A stretch of DNA of 64,000 bases from Octopus sinensis (taxonomy: Eukaryota). Below, piece after piece: positions 51,954 to 64,000 of the stretch (positions within the stretch are counted from its first letter, which is position 1; each line of letters opens with the position of its first letter). The translations under genes and the position numbers were made by a program. The stretch spans positions 21,638,001 through 21,702,000 of the forward strand of contig NC_043020.1 of NCBI RefSeq assembly GCF_006345805.1, in the 5' to 3' direction. A model generated the notes under the pieces. It was not told the DNA's origin. It did not search any database and was given only the letters and a program-made list of their open reading frames with translations.

Positions 51954-53222
51954 TGAAGGTGGACTGAAAAGTTCATAAGCTGACTATGAAGGAGTGATAC
52001 TAGAACTGAGAATTCTAGCAGAATTCAACTTTTCTTATTAATAATTTAATTGGTTTTTTTTCCAAGTAAACAGACATGCAGCTGCTCAAAGAGGACTTCA
52101 AAGGTAACTAGTAGTGACTCCTCTAGAAAATCAACAAAATTTGGCATTGTGCTATTATCAAGTACTTGCAGAAAAAGTTTAGGCTCCAAGGGCATACTGA
52201 TATGGCTGCTTTATTAGGGGATGATACTCCAGATTTATCAACAATGCAAAAGTGAACAGTTCAATTTAGGATGGAAACAGAGTCTTGAAGATGTATCAAG
52301 CTCTGAACATCCTACAACTGCCACCACCAAGGAAAACATTGATTGTGCTTACCACATACTGATGGATGACAGGTGACTGACTATAAATCCTTTAGAATAT
52401 CCTGTGAGAGAGCTGAAAATACTCTGCATAATGAATTTGGCATGATGAACGTTTCTGCTCAGTGGGTGCCATAGCTTATAACACCAGATCAAAAACACAC
52501 TAGGCTAATCATAACACAGGAAAATCTGACATTGTTTGAGGCAAATCCAGCTGGTTTCTTTAAGCATTTTCAAACCCAAGAAGTGTGTTGGCTTCATCAC
52601 TTTGAGCCAAAGACAAAGAGACAATCCATGCAGTGGAAACACCCCTCCTCACCTGCTCCAAAGAAGACCAAGGTATTTCATCTGCAAGGAAAGTGATGGC
52701 CTCAGTTTTGGGGGATGAAAAAAGTATCGTGTTTATTGACTATCATCAAAAGGGGTACACCATCAATGGAGAGTACTGTGGTCAACTTGCTGAGGCAGTT
52801 ATGAAAAGCCATCAAAGCCAAATGCCCAGGAAAACTGACAAAAGGGGTCTTGTTTCATCAGGACAATGTTCTAGTACACAAGTCCTTGCTTTCAATGGCT
52901 GTTGTGTGTGACTGGTTTTAAACTAGTTGATCACCATCCCTATTCTCCTGATTGTCATCTGACTGCCATCTGTTCCTCAACATAGAAAAAAACCACTTGG
53001 CTGGGAAGCAGTATTGCAGTGATAATATCGTCATGTCTGCTGTTGATGACATTTTTGACGAACAGGATGAAAGCTTCTTCACCAATGAGATCCAAGCACT
53101 GCAACAATGATGGAACAAGTGTGTAAACTACAAGGGGGAATTATTTTTAAAAAATAAACCTCATTTGATCAGATTCCATGAGAGTATCTTGGTCAGCCTG
53201 TGAACTTTTCAACCGACCCTAG
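51954..53222 (+). mobile_element. Heavily decayed mariner transposon
   Basis: TIRs gaaggtggactgaaaagttcataagctgac / gtcagcctgtgaacttttcaaccgaccct; SAQWVP, KVMASV, GYTINGEY motifs. Confidence 0.82.
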
Positions 53223-53479
53223 GTTTTAAATTCAATATCAACATTTTCTGAAATACTTGTCAATTATATGGTGCTCTCATCACTTACAATAGTGAGTTGT
53301 ACATACTCATGTTATCTATTTGTAATTAGGTGAACTGAACTATTTAAGAGTTAAATATCTTAGCTTGAGATATAGCACATTAGTGATAGGACACAATAGT
53401 CTGGTTAGCTGTAATTTTCAGAATACTTGTAAAGAGTTTGAATGAATAAATGCATATTTTTTCTCTTCTTTTTACTTAC

Positions 53480-53599
53480 TCTTCTGACTTTCAATTCTTC
53501 AACAATCTCCAGTAATGTGTGTTGCAAGTTCAGGTAATTACTAGTATTAAATATAGCTGTCTTCTCTTCTGGAGCATGAAGTGCCTGACATTCAGCCAT
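53480..53599 (-). CDS. CCDC73: CCDC73-like coiled-coil gene, first visible coding exon (MAECQ...LLEIVEELKVRR); exon begins at 53613
   Basis: Acceptor tttaactttcag and donor AGA/gtaagt; 40 codons, phase 0. LQHTLLEIVEELKVRR resembles the vertebrate CCDC73 N-terminal motif FKTSLLEALEELRMRR (recalled, not searched). The frame is also open 5' of the ATG, so an upstream coding exon is possible. Confidence 0.82.
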
Positions 53600-54134
53600 T
53601 ATTAATCTCTCAGCTGAAAGTTAAAATTGATTCAATTGTATTGTTTATTAAAAAATATTTAGTATTTAAATATTAACATTTGCAATGAATTACATAATTG
53701 ATTAGTCATATTATATGTGCATATTATTTCCAATAATTTTTTATTAACACAAAGTTTTAGATTGTAAAATCTGTTGTTTCTTGTTCATCTTCAGGTCAGT
53801 CCTGATCATGCAGCCCTATGTGATCAAAAGCATTCCATCTGTGACCATCTCATGTTTTTCTTTTTGCATGTCAGGGACTAATTAACCAATATAACCTTTA
53901 TATATATATAACCTTTATTTAAGAGTGTGATTTGAGATGTTTGTCTGATATTTCTGGCAGATCAAACAACCACACAAAGTAGTGGTTCTCAATTTTTAAA
54001 ATATTTATGGTAAACTGGAAATAAAATTTAAAAAATCACTGCTACGCTTTGCATGGAAAGTTAAAAAAATAAACTGTTTTAAAGTTAAAATTTAGAAAAA
54101 ACATACAAAACTGTAGTAAAGGACATTTTATACT

Positions 54135-54850
54135 ACCACCACCACCACGACATCACATTTTGCATATGAGTGTGTATGTGTCTGTCAGTGTGTGTTTGCA
54201 TGTTCATTACATGTTAGGCCTCAGAGAATTAAACAACACACACATTTACACATACATGTGTATATAAGTGTGTATGTATCTGTGTGTGTGTTTACGCATT
54301 CGTTAACCACCACCACCATGTCACATTTTGTATATGCGTGTGTGTGTATTTGCACATTCATTACATTAGGCCTCAGAGAATTAAACACACATGCACATCT
54401 ATACATACATATACATTTGTGTATGAGTGTGTATGTGTCTGTTTGCACATTTGTTACGTACATTAGGCCTCAGAGAATTAAACACACACACATACATATA
54501 CAAATGTGATGACTGACAAGTATATGTGAGTGTATGTGTGTGTGAGTATACATAAATTTTTATGACGAATGACACACACACATGCACATCTAAAGAGAGA
54601 GAGAGACAACAGGAGAGAGATAGGCCGTTATACAGAGAGAGATACAATTAAAGTGTTAGATATTCAGAGAGACAGAGAGAGAAAATGTAATGTCCTACAA
54701 AAGTCTAGAATCGGTTAACACACACATCTACACATACATATACATGTGATGACTGACAAGTATATAATGAATATTAATTACCCTGAGGTGTGCATGAACG
54801 TATGTCTACCTTAGTATATGTGTGAGAGTGTATGTGTGTGTGAGTGTATG
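54135..54850. repeat. Minisatellite with ~110-150-bp units anchored on ttaggcctcagagaattaaacac plus CA/TG tracts
   Basis: Three anchor copies at ~54213, ~54366 and ~54463; tgtgatgactgacaagtatat also recurs at ~54505 and ~54745. Confidence 0.7.
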
Positions 54851-54959
54851 TGTGATTGTCAATTACAACGATGTAAACTGCCTATGTGAAAGAGCTATAC
54901 GATGGGCCATTTAAATCTTCAAACTCCTTTCTCCCCTAACCAGAAGTCCCCTCTCTGCA

Positions 54960-57680
54960 GATTAGCTCAATAGCTAGCCTGCAGTGAAGGTCTCTGTCTA
55001 CAGTTCATTTGTTATGAGTCCATGGGCAATGTCATACACATAGCTTCCCTCAGAACTGTTGACTGACATTGGAACCAGGAAGGTGTTTTCACCACCTGCT
55101 TGTGCATATAGTTACTTGACTGTTTGTTGTCAGAGGTTGGTGTAACTTGCCTAGGACGGCCTTTGTTTGGTGATTGAGCTACTTGAATGTGGCTGTAGAC
55201 ACCGAGACACGCTGGTTTCAGTCTGTCAGTGGAAACTGTGTTTTGTCATCTGCCAACCAAGAGTTGAAATGACTTGTCTCACTTCATATGGGTCATCATA
55301 AGGTGACTGAAGAGGTTTTTATCATGCATCACAACAAACAAACATAAATTTCACATTGTGGAGGTCATTTGGTACTGATAACCTAGATGTACCATGTGTT
55401 GACATGGGTCTAGGGTGTAAATGGCCCACACTGTCTCTCAGTTGCATATCTTTTGACATCTGGATCTAACTGTGTTTGAAATTAACTCCCCCATCACCAT
55501 AAGTGGTGCACTGTACGCCAAATTTTGAGGTTTTCCTTTGGTGAAGTGCAGGTTCCCAGCATCACCCATAAAAGTTGATCAATCTAGTTGGGCCCATTAA
55601 GTCTGGTTGTAAGGGATTCCTTCAAGCCATGGCGAAATTTCTCCACTAAGGTGTTGGTCTGGGGATGGTAGACTGTTGGGTGTTTCATTGTGATGCCAAA
55701 AAGTTCACATCATTCCACAGCTTCAAGGTGAACGGAGGTCCATGATTGGATGAAATGCTGTTTGGAACACTGAAACAGGTGACCCAGTTTGTGATGAAGG
55801 CACAGGTAATTTCCTGTATTTCCATGCTGCAGAGAAGCATAGCCTCAAGCCAAAAGTGAAGCAGTCCACTAAGGTTAGTAAGGATGGGCAACCTTGTGAA
55901 GGTGGTAGGGGGCCTTGAGGTCAATGTTGATGTGGCTGAAATCATCCTGTGGGGGTTCATTGCTGCCAAGAGATGCTTTGGTATGCTGATGTATTTTGGC
56001 TTGTTCACAAGGGATACACGTTTTGGTCAACTCCCCAATTTGCTTGATTATACCATGTCAGATGAATTTACTTGATATCAGGCAGAGCCCATGAACGACA
56101 TCAAAAACTTTCCAGCAGCAGGCTAATGGGTCGTGGTTTTCCAGCAGATACGTTGCAAAGTAGGGTTGTTCCATTGGAGTCAAAGTGCATGTCCTGCAAG
56201 GAAAGGGAGGTGATGGTGGTGTGGTAGGCCCTGATTTCATCATCTGTTTGTTGGAATGCAGCCATAGCCTCATAATCAAGACCTTTTGTTACCGAAGCTA
56301 TGTAGGTGTCAGAGTAGGTAGGGGCTCTGGAGTGTGCATTAGTGACTGGGTTGATTTTTCCAGCTGTGTTGAATGTCTGTAGTGTACCCAGAAATGACTG
56401 ATAACCATCACTGCTGACATGTAGACCATGGCTCTGACAGCTTGCTCATAGCAAAGATGTGCAGTGGACTGTGAACACTGTGAAAGTTCAATCTTCAAGA
56501 AAATAGTAAAAGTGGCAGACACCTAGCAGTTCCCTATCAAATGTGTTGTATTTCTGTTCAGGTTACCATAGTTGTCAACTGAAGTAGGCTAGAGGTTGCC
56601 ACTGGTCATTGATGTATTGTTCCAAAACACCTCCAATGGTTGTCGGAGGTATTGACTGTGAGTGCAGTCAATGCTAACATATAAGGATAGCAAAGCACAG
56701 TTGCTTTAACAAGAGCTTCTTTTTGTAGATTTGAAGGCCGAGGTCATCGCACTGTCTCACTTCACTTGTCTTCTCATCAGTCTTGCTGTCGAGGGGATGA
56801 AACAATGATAACAGTTTACCATGCCCACAAATTGGTGCACAGCCTTGTTTGTGGCAGGGGTGTAGCACTGGTACCTGTGATTTGATGTCCTAGGAAGTCA
56901 ATTTCCTTAACACCAAAGACACATTTAGTGGAGTTGATTACCACACCATATTGTTCAAGTCTATCAAAAAGGGTCACTAGATGCTTTTTGTGTAACTCTG
57001 CATTTTGGCTTGCAATAAGGATGTCATCTAGGAATGCAAAGACAAAATGAAGACCCATGCACACAGTGTCCATCAAGCGTTGGAAGGATTGTGTTGCATT
57101 TTCTAGGCCAAAGGGTGCATGTAGAAATTTGTACAACACCAAAAGAGTGATCACAGCAGTTTTAGGTACATTGTCATCTAGTACTGGTATTTGATGGTAA
57201 CCTCAGATGAGGTCAACCTTCAAGAAAACTGAGTACCCAGCTATCTGGGTTGAGAATTCCTTTATATGCAGAATGAGGTAGCAGTTGGGTGTTTGTTTGC
57301 ATTGAGACAGCGATAATCTTTGCAAGGCTGCCAACCTCCAGTGGGTAGAGGAGACAACCAAGGACTGCTTGATTGGTAAACAATGCCCAAAGCTTCCATA
57401 TTGTCAAACTCAGCCCTCGCAATATCAAGTGCACTGGAGGGCTGGTAGAGGAGAGGTGATGTTTCACTCCATGGCAGGTTGTGGGTTTGGAGAATGTCAG
57501 GGTAGCGAGATTCGGGTGACACACAATGAGATTCAAGAATTCATTTTCAATCTGAGAGATGGCTGCAATGTGAGGAACAGCATGTGCAGATGCTGCAAGA
57601 GAAACAGTGGCATACGTGTTGCTGTTGATGAGTCCTGAAGATCAACCAGCAGTGAGTGTGCCCAAAGAAAATCTGCTCCT
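54960..57680 (-). mobile_element. Decayed Gypsy (CsRn1-like) pol fragment
   Basis: RT APFGLENATQSFQRLMDTV...FAFLDDILIAS...IDFLGH (56816-57154), RNase H and integrase remnants; similar to the 7120-13653 pol. Confidence 0.82.
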
Positions 57681-57683
57681 TAT

Positions 57684-58580
57684 ATACGTGTTTCAATTGC
57701 AACCCTACTATAAAATAGTGCGGCCTCTTCAGGGTCTAATTTGATATCCCTTGGTATGGCTATTTAATGATTTTCTTTTATAAACTCTGCATTGTATAAT
57801 TTAGAGCTGTCCATTAAGTCAGATGTGAACAATCTCTATTTCAAGTTTTTATTGGATAATCATTGTTTCAAAATCTTGTATAGTTTAATGATAATTATTC
57901 ATTTATACTTCACAAATGCAAATTTCCTCATGTGCAAGCATCTCAATGCTTGCTCCTGTCTAGAATTTATTATTTATTATTATGTGAAGATCTTGTAAAA
58001 TACTTCTAAACATAGGTCACATCTATTGGTTCCAGGTCTGTATGGTTTTGCAGTACAAATTAATTCCCATTTAATCATATAGTCCTTAAAAGACCAGATT
58101 AATTTGCTAGGACTCATTTGGAACCTTTTATTTTTGTCTTTAAATGAACTCAAATGATTTGCCAGTCTCCTCTTGAAAATTAATAATGTCCCACCGATGT
58201 AAAAGAATTCCTTACTCTCAGATATAATTATACATCTATATATAACAATTTTAATTTTACACTTATTTTTCACATAGGATTCCCATTTAGAACAATTGCA
58301 AAGATAGCCTTTTATATTTACCTCAGATTTAATTTCAATTTGACCCTTCATTGTAGAATTAAACTCATTTCCACCAAGTTCTTTATTACTATTTACTCCT
58401 TTAGATGTTATCTCTGTTCTATTTCTAGCTGAATTTTATTTGATTTGTCATTATTTATGTTAAATTGGGTTGTTTGCCTTTCCACGACATTTAATTTCTA
58501 AGCATTCCTTTCTATTTGAGTTTCTTTATTCCATTTGACATTATTATGCTATTGTGATTGTAATCGCTTTTTTGAAATTT
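57684..58580 (-). mobile_element. 3' fragment of a PLE (GIY-YIG) with a terminal hammerhead-like motif
   Basis: CNC...VIYRC...FYIGGT..FKRRLANH...WELI...CDLCLE (57980-58351); minus-strand CTGAAGA...GAAAC-acgt at 57684-57736. Confidence 0.75.
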
Positions 58581-58585
58581 CGATA

Positions 58586-58880
58586 TTCATCATCATCATC
58601 ATCGTTTAACGTCTGCTTTTCATGCTAGCATGGGTTGGACAATTTGACTGAGGTCTGGCAAACCAGATGGTTGCACCAGACTCCAATCTGATCTGGCAGA
58701 GTTTCTACAGCTGGATGCCCTTCCTAACGCCAACCACTCCGAGAGTGTAGTGGGTGCTTTTACATGCCACTGGCATGAGGGCCAGTCAGGCGGTACTGGC
58801 AACGGCCACACTCAAATGGTGCTTTTTATGTGCCACCTGCACAGGAGCCAGTCCAGTGGCACTGGCAATGACCTCGCTCG
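58586..58880 (-). mobile_element. RTE-family 3' end fragment
   Basis: Closely similar to 42708-42990; (GAT)n tail. Confidence 0.85.
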
Positions 58881-59329
58881 AATATTATGCGCTACTATAA
58901 TTTGTGCAATATCACAGCTAAGTATTGAGTTAAGATCATAATTTTGACATTTATACCTGTTTTTCAAAGGAGTAAGTATTCTCTGATTTCAGTCCACTTT
59001 AAAGTTAGCATTTATTTTACTTTTTTTTTATTTTTAAATCTTTTAGCTGATCCTATATTAAAAGAATTTGAGATTTTATTAGAGAATACTACATCCTCAT
59101 TTCTATTAGCAGTATGAAGTTAATTAATGGGCCGGTCATAAAGTGACCAAAAGTAATTATTTCTAAACCTACATGGTACAATATAGATACATAAAAACAA
59201 AAATATTTCAAGAAGAATAAGTTAGGGAATTTATAAGAATCAAAATATTGTAAGCGTACATTCTTACCATAAAAGATGTTGACTGCTGGGGTGGGGGGAT
59301 GAGCATTACTAGAAAAATGAGGGAAAATA

Positions 59330-60530
59330 TATACTATATCTTATAGTTCATTATCATGAACATCGGCTTGATGGGTGAAAAACTTAGCCAAAGTTGTCTG
59401 TTGTTTATGACAGATCGTTTCTTTGTATAGCTGAGTATAGAAATTGAGGTCATTGCAAACTTCTCTTGTAAATTTTATGTTACATTTATAATTAAGATCA
59501 TTATCAGCAAAAACATGCGGACCTTTCTCTATAAGTGCCAACCACTTAACAATAATTTTTATTGTCAATTTAAGTGTTGTAGGTGGAACTCCCATTGTCT
59601 CATTTGTATTCTCAGTTTGTTCTTTTTCTTAGCATCAGTTCCTCCTTAAATAAACTTTTTCTCTGGGACACTAGCAATTCAATCACATTGTCCTTTATAA
59701 CTTCTCCAAATCCTACATCTTTTGCAAATGTTACAATATCTTCCCAAATTTGATATAGACTTCCTACTTGAGTGAAACTTCTAATGTCACTGAAACAGTC
59801 TGGCCATATGTTTCTAAGCATTATTCAGAGTTGAAGGTTTCACTCCATCCCATGATTCAGCTATATTATCTACAGCATTCATTACATCCCTGTCATTTGC
59901 TTTCATAAGTTGTTTGAAAGTTCTCATATAACATGCCTTGAAGTTAAAGTTCTCTGGGTGGCTCAGTGCACTGTCTAAAAGAAGCAATGCTTTGTTGGAA
60001 ATGTTAAGTCTGGCACTGTACCTTTCTACATCAGAACAAAAAATCTGTAAACGACTCTTTGCAAAGGCTCTTAGTTATCCGTGCCTTCTTAACTGAATGC
60101 CAAATCAGAAGTAGATTAAACTTTGTGTAACCCTTGAAAGCATTTAGATTTTTGAAGTGATATATGAGTAGGGCCTCAATTTCATATCACTAGTGGCATT
60201 TCATCCCAAAAGAAGTGCAATTTTTAGAAGCTTTAAATCCTAGTATTGATTTGTCTTCTCAAGAAATAAAAGTTCTAGCAATCATACGCTTTCAGAAGAG
60301 TGCAGTCTCATCAACATTGTATACTTACTCTGATGTGTAGCTCTCTTCAGGAATCATTTTCTTCAATTAATAGCAGCCTCTCTATCAATGCTCGTGTTTC
60401 ACTAGTCATTTTTATGTTGTAAACCAGCCTTTACTAGCAAATCATCATATAATCTTTAGGTTCTTTTTTTGAATTCCTATTGTGTTTATCAGCATATTAA
60501 GCTGATTCAAATCCTCAGTCCAAACACTCA
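59330..60530 (-). mobile_element. Decayed pogo/Tigger-type transposase, interrupted by a mariner
   Basis: Minus-strand YNVDETALF, KALLLLDSALSHP, FAKDVGFGEVIKDNVIELL. Confidence 0.7.
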
Positions 60531-60534
60531 AGTA

Positions 60535-61822
60535 CGAGGGACGTTCAATAAGTAATGTCTCGACCCACTTGCAGTTGTTTAATCTAGCTGAAATTTTGCA
60601 TGTGCAATCATTTATATCTCTATAGAGTAAGTGGCAAATTACAGCTCTGAATTAATTGTGGTTTCTGATTTACAGGTGTTTGAACCGAGTCAAGTGTGAA
60701 ATGGAGCCTGTTGAGTGTCGAGCAGTGATCCAGTTTTTATATTTGAAAGGACGCACACCACAGGAGACTTTTGATGAAATGAAAGTAACTGACGGTGATG
60801 ATGCCCCATCATATGACCTTGTAAAACGCTGACATCGAGAATTCAAACATGGTCGGAACTCTGTGGAAATAGCTCCCAGATCTGGTCGCCCCTTCTGCCA
60901 TTGATGAGGCATCTGTTCGTCAAGTTGAGGCTGCCATTTTGGAAGATCGATGCATAATTATTCGCCAAATAGCCCATGAGGTCAAGATTAGTACCGGGTC
61001 TGTGGAAACTATCATTCATGACCATTTGCATATGCAAAAGGTGTCTGCCAGATGGATTCCCAGGTTGCTCACGCCTTTCCAGAAGCAAGAACGCGTTGAG
61101 TGCTCAAGGGTGAATTTGGAGATGTGCCAAGAAGATGAGTCAAAATTTTTCAAAAGACTGATTACACAGGATGAAACCTGGGTCCATCACGATGATCCAG
61201 AGACCAAAGCCCAGTCAATGCAGTGGAAGCACCGTGACTCACCCCCTCCAAAGAAGGCAAGGGTGCAGCCCTCCGCTGGCAAGGTCATGCTCACAGTCTT
61301 CTGGGACCAGGACGGAGTAGTGATGACAGATTTCCTGGCAAAGGGTACCACAATTGCAGGAGCCTATTATGCTTCACTTTTGAGGAAATTAAGAGAAGTT
61401 ATCAAAATCAAGAGGCGGGGCAAGATCAGCAAAGGCATCCTCCTCCTGCAGGACAACGCTCTGGTCCACAACTCGCTTGTCGCCAGATCAGAAGCACAGG
61501 CGTATGGCTATGAACTCCTCCCCATCCCCCTACTTTCCTGACCTTGCACCCTCTGATTTTCACCTTTTCCCAGTCATGAAGTTGTTTTTGAAAGGAAAGT
61601 GTTTCCCAGATGATGCAGCCTTGATTTCTGAAGTCACGTTCAGGTTGGAGGACCAAGCTAGGGTCTTCTACAAAAACGGTCTCCAGAGCTGCATCAAACA
61701 ATGGGAGAAATGCGTAACTCTGGGTGGTTGCTATGTAGAAAAAGACTAATAACTGTGCCAAGTTTCGTTGCTCTACAGCTATGGAAAGTGGGTCAGGGGC
61801 ATTATTTATTGAATGCCCCTCG
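60535..61822 (+). mobile_element. Full-length mariner (DD34D) with few lesions
   Basis: TIRs cgagggacgttcaataagtaatg / cattatttattgaatgcccctcg, TA TSD; VSARWIPRLL, ITQDETWV, LQDNA, PDLAPSDFHLF; one stop and frameshifts. Confidence 0.93.
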
Positions 61823-62519
61823 TATCATTCCATTTTAAGCATTTACTCGAGCTACTTGCTGACAACACGGATCTCAGAAATATGACCAGCTAAGCGATCT
61901 TAACTTTTAACCTGACATTCATATTCATATTTTTAAGCGTTGATCGTAAACCTAATCCCGTTTCTCTATTATCTATATCGCCATGTTGTCAACATGGCTT
62001 CCTGTCTTTTTCAATTCCTTCTTTGCTTTCAGGGCCTTCCCGTGTTATTCCATTCCCCAGGATGCCTTACAAAATACTCTCTCTCTCCCTCTCATTTAAA
62101 TTATGTTCTACTCAATTTCCAAAGTTTCTAGATGGTGTGTAATATTCCCTACGAATTATATTCATTCTCGTTACGAATTATATTCATTCTCGTTGCTCCT
62201 CCAATACCGGAAGTTTCTACCACCCCCTCCACCAATACCAGAAGTTTCTACCTCTGTTTTGACTCCCCCCCCCCGCGTATACATCCACTCGCACCCCTAT
62301 GTCAGTTCTATTTGATCATATAGAGCAAAAACGGTGAAACGTATGCAGCTGTAGTCTCTCGCCCTCCACCAACACCGGAAGTTTCTAACCCCGTCTTGCT
62401 TTACTACCCCCCCAACCACACCCCCATGTAGGGTTTATTTGATCATATAGCGCAAAAACTGTGAAATGTATGCAGGTTGTAGTCTAGTGTTTCAGTATGA
62501 AATCTGCCAAATGCAAGCT

Positions 62520-64000
62520 TTCTTTTCAGGTACATGACATGTCTGTCCCTCATCCCAGGGTCTCAGAGGCCCACACCTCCCACACCCTCAGAGTTGGCAC
62601 ACTCAATGTTGGCACATTGAAAGGTAGGTCTGGAGAGATGTAGAGCTGCTTGAACGGAGACGTGTGAATTTATGCTGCATCCAGGAAGTAAGGTGGAGAG
62701 GAGGTTCCGCTAGGCTCCTCACAGGCAAGGAACACAGGTACAAGATTTTCTGGGCAGGGAACACTGACAGGGTAGGTGGCGTGGGTACACTTCTTGCTGA
62801 GAAATGGGTAGATAAGGTAATCGAGGTAGTCAGAGTAAGTGAAAGAGTACTTAAGATTAGATTAGTGTTTCACCATAGGTCAGCTACCATCATCTCGGCA
62901 TATGCCCCTCAACCAGGGCTACCGAAAGGACAGAAAGACCAATTCTATGACTACCTATTGCGGACTACCTCGTTGACAAATGACAGTGACCTTCTCTTTG
63001 TGGCAGGTGATTTCAATGGACATGTTGGCCGGCATGTCGGGGGCTTCCATGGCGTTCATGGTGGCTATGGTTTTGGCTCTTGAAATGAGGAGGGAACCAG
63101 GCTGCTGGAGTTCTGCGATGCAAATGACCTTATGGTTTGCAATACCAACTTCAGGAAACCCACCTCTCACCTAGTCACCTACCGTTCTGGCAGACACACT
63201 AGTCAGATTGACTACATCCTCACCAGAAAGAGGGAAAGAGGGCTGCTTATAAATGCCAAAACCTTTCCAGGCAAAGAATGTACTCCTCAACATAGATTAG
63301 TAGTTAGCGACATCAGGATCAGAGCTAAATGGTTGCCCAGAAGAAGACCAGCTTGGAGGAGAAGGGTCTGGAAGCTTAAAGATCCTGCAAATGGACAGAG
63401 ATTTAGAGACATACTACTCGAAGCCTTTGACAAAATAGAAGGGGATATAGCTTCACAACTGGAGATTTCTACGGGACAATCTGCTGACAGCCACTGACCA
63501 GATCTGTGGATGGAGCAAAGTCCCGTCTCGACCCAGAGTAACGTGGTGGTGGAACAATGTGGTGGACAGGGCTATTAGACAAAAGAAACAGGCTTGGAGG
63601 GACTGGAAGAACGGTGGTAGCAGGGAATTGTATCAGACAGCCAGAAGGGAAGCTAGGAGACAGGTTTATTTAGCCAGAGGGGAAGCGGATAAGAAAAAAT
63701 TTTCCAATGTTCTGAGCCGTGAGGATGAAAGACTTGAGGTATTTCGTGTTGCAAGACAGTGTGTGAGAGAGAATCGTGATGTGGTAGGAGAGAAGTGTGT
63801 TCGCATGGATGATAGTTCACTTGCGCTAAATGAGGATGCAAAGAGAGAGGTTTGGAGATGCCACTATGAAAGGTTGCTGAATAAAGAAAGTGAATGGGAT
63901 AAAGAGAGTCTGCCGAATGTTGACCCAACAGAGGGACCAGCTATCCGAGTTGATAGTTCCGTGGTAGCTAAGGCAATTAGAAGCACGAAGACAGGGAAAG
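62520..64000 (+). mobile_element. 5' part (APE endonuclease) of an RTE-PHD-family LINE, running out of the window
   Basis: VGTLNVGTLKG, CCIQEVRW, SAYAPQ, AGDFNGHVG, QIDYIL, PQHRLVV; 63541-64000 is closely similar to 39391-39850. Confidence 0.9.

Noticed and set aside
54135-54850. CRISPR-like repeat-spacer array
   Set aside because: Eukaryotic context; spacers are related to each other and microsatellite-rich; no cas genes. It is a minisatellite.
60700-61749. Functional or domesticated mariner transposase
   Set aside because: An in-frame stop (~60830) and frameshifts (~60895, ~61520) make this copy non-coding.

Overview
Animal genomic DNA, AT-rich and almost entirely repeats. The SINE, Helitron and RTE families resemble Octopus (coleoid cephalopod) repeats; this is an inference from recognition, not a search. 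The window lies inside one minus-strand host gene, a CCDC73-like coiled-coil gene. Four short phase-0 GT-AG coding exons are visible (53480-53599, 31981-32052, 14182-14289, 6386-6460; 125 codons). Its introns hold nested transposons: Tx1/L1, a CR1/L2-group LINE with an intact ORF2, two RTE families (one with a PHD finger inside its RT), several Penelope-like element (PLE) families with hammerhead-ribozyme (HHR) motifs, three Gypsy LTR elements, four Tc1/mariner copies, hAT, Chapaev3, Tigger, Helitron relics, tRNA-SINEs and long TA microsatellites. The most unusual signals are (i) a TSD-flanked ~370-bp non-autonomous element combining a tRNA-type Pol III head with a PLE hammerhead and PLE termini, whose coding partner lies 4 kb away, (ii) a PHD finger embedded in an RTE reverse transcriptase, and (iii) an intact LINE with a CCCH-finger ORF1 and a covarying 3' stem-loop shared with a SINE. 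Boundaries of decayed elements are approximate.
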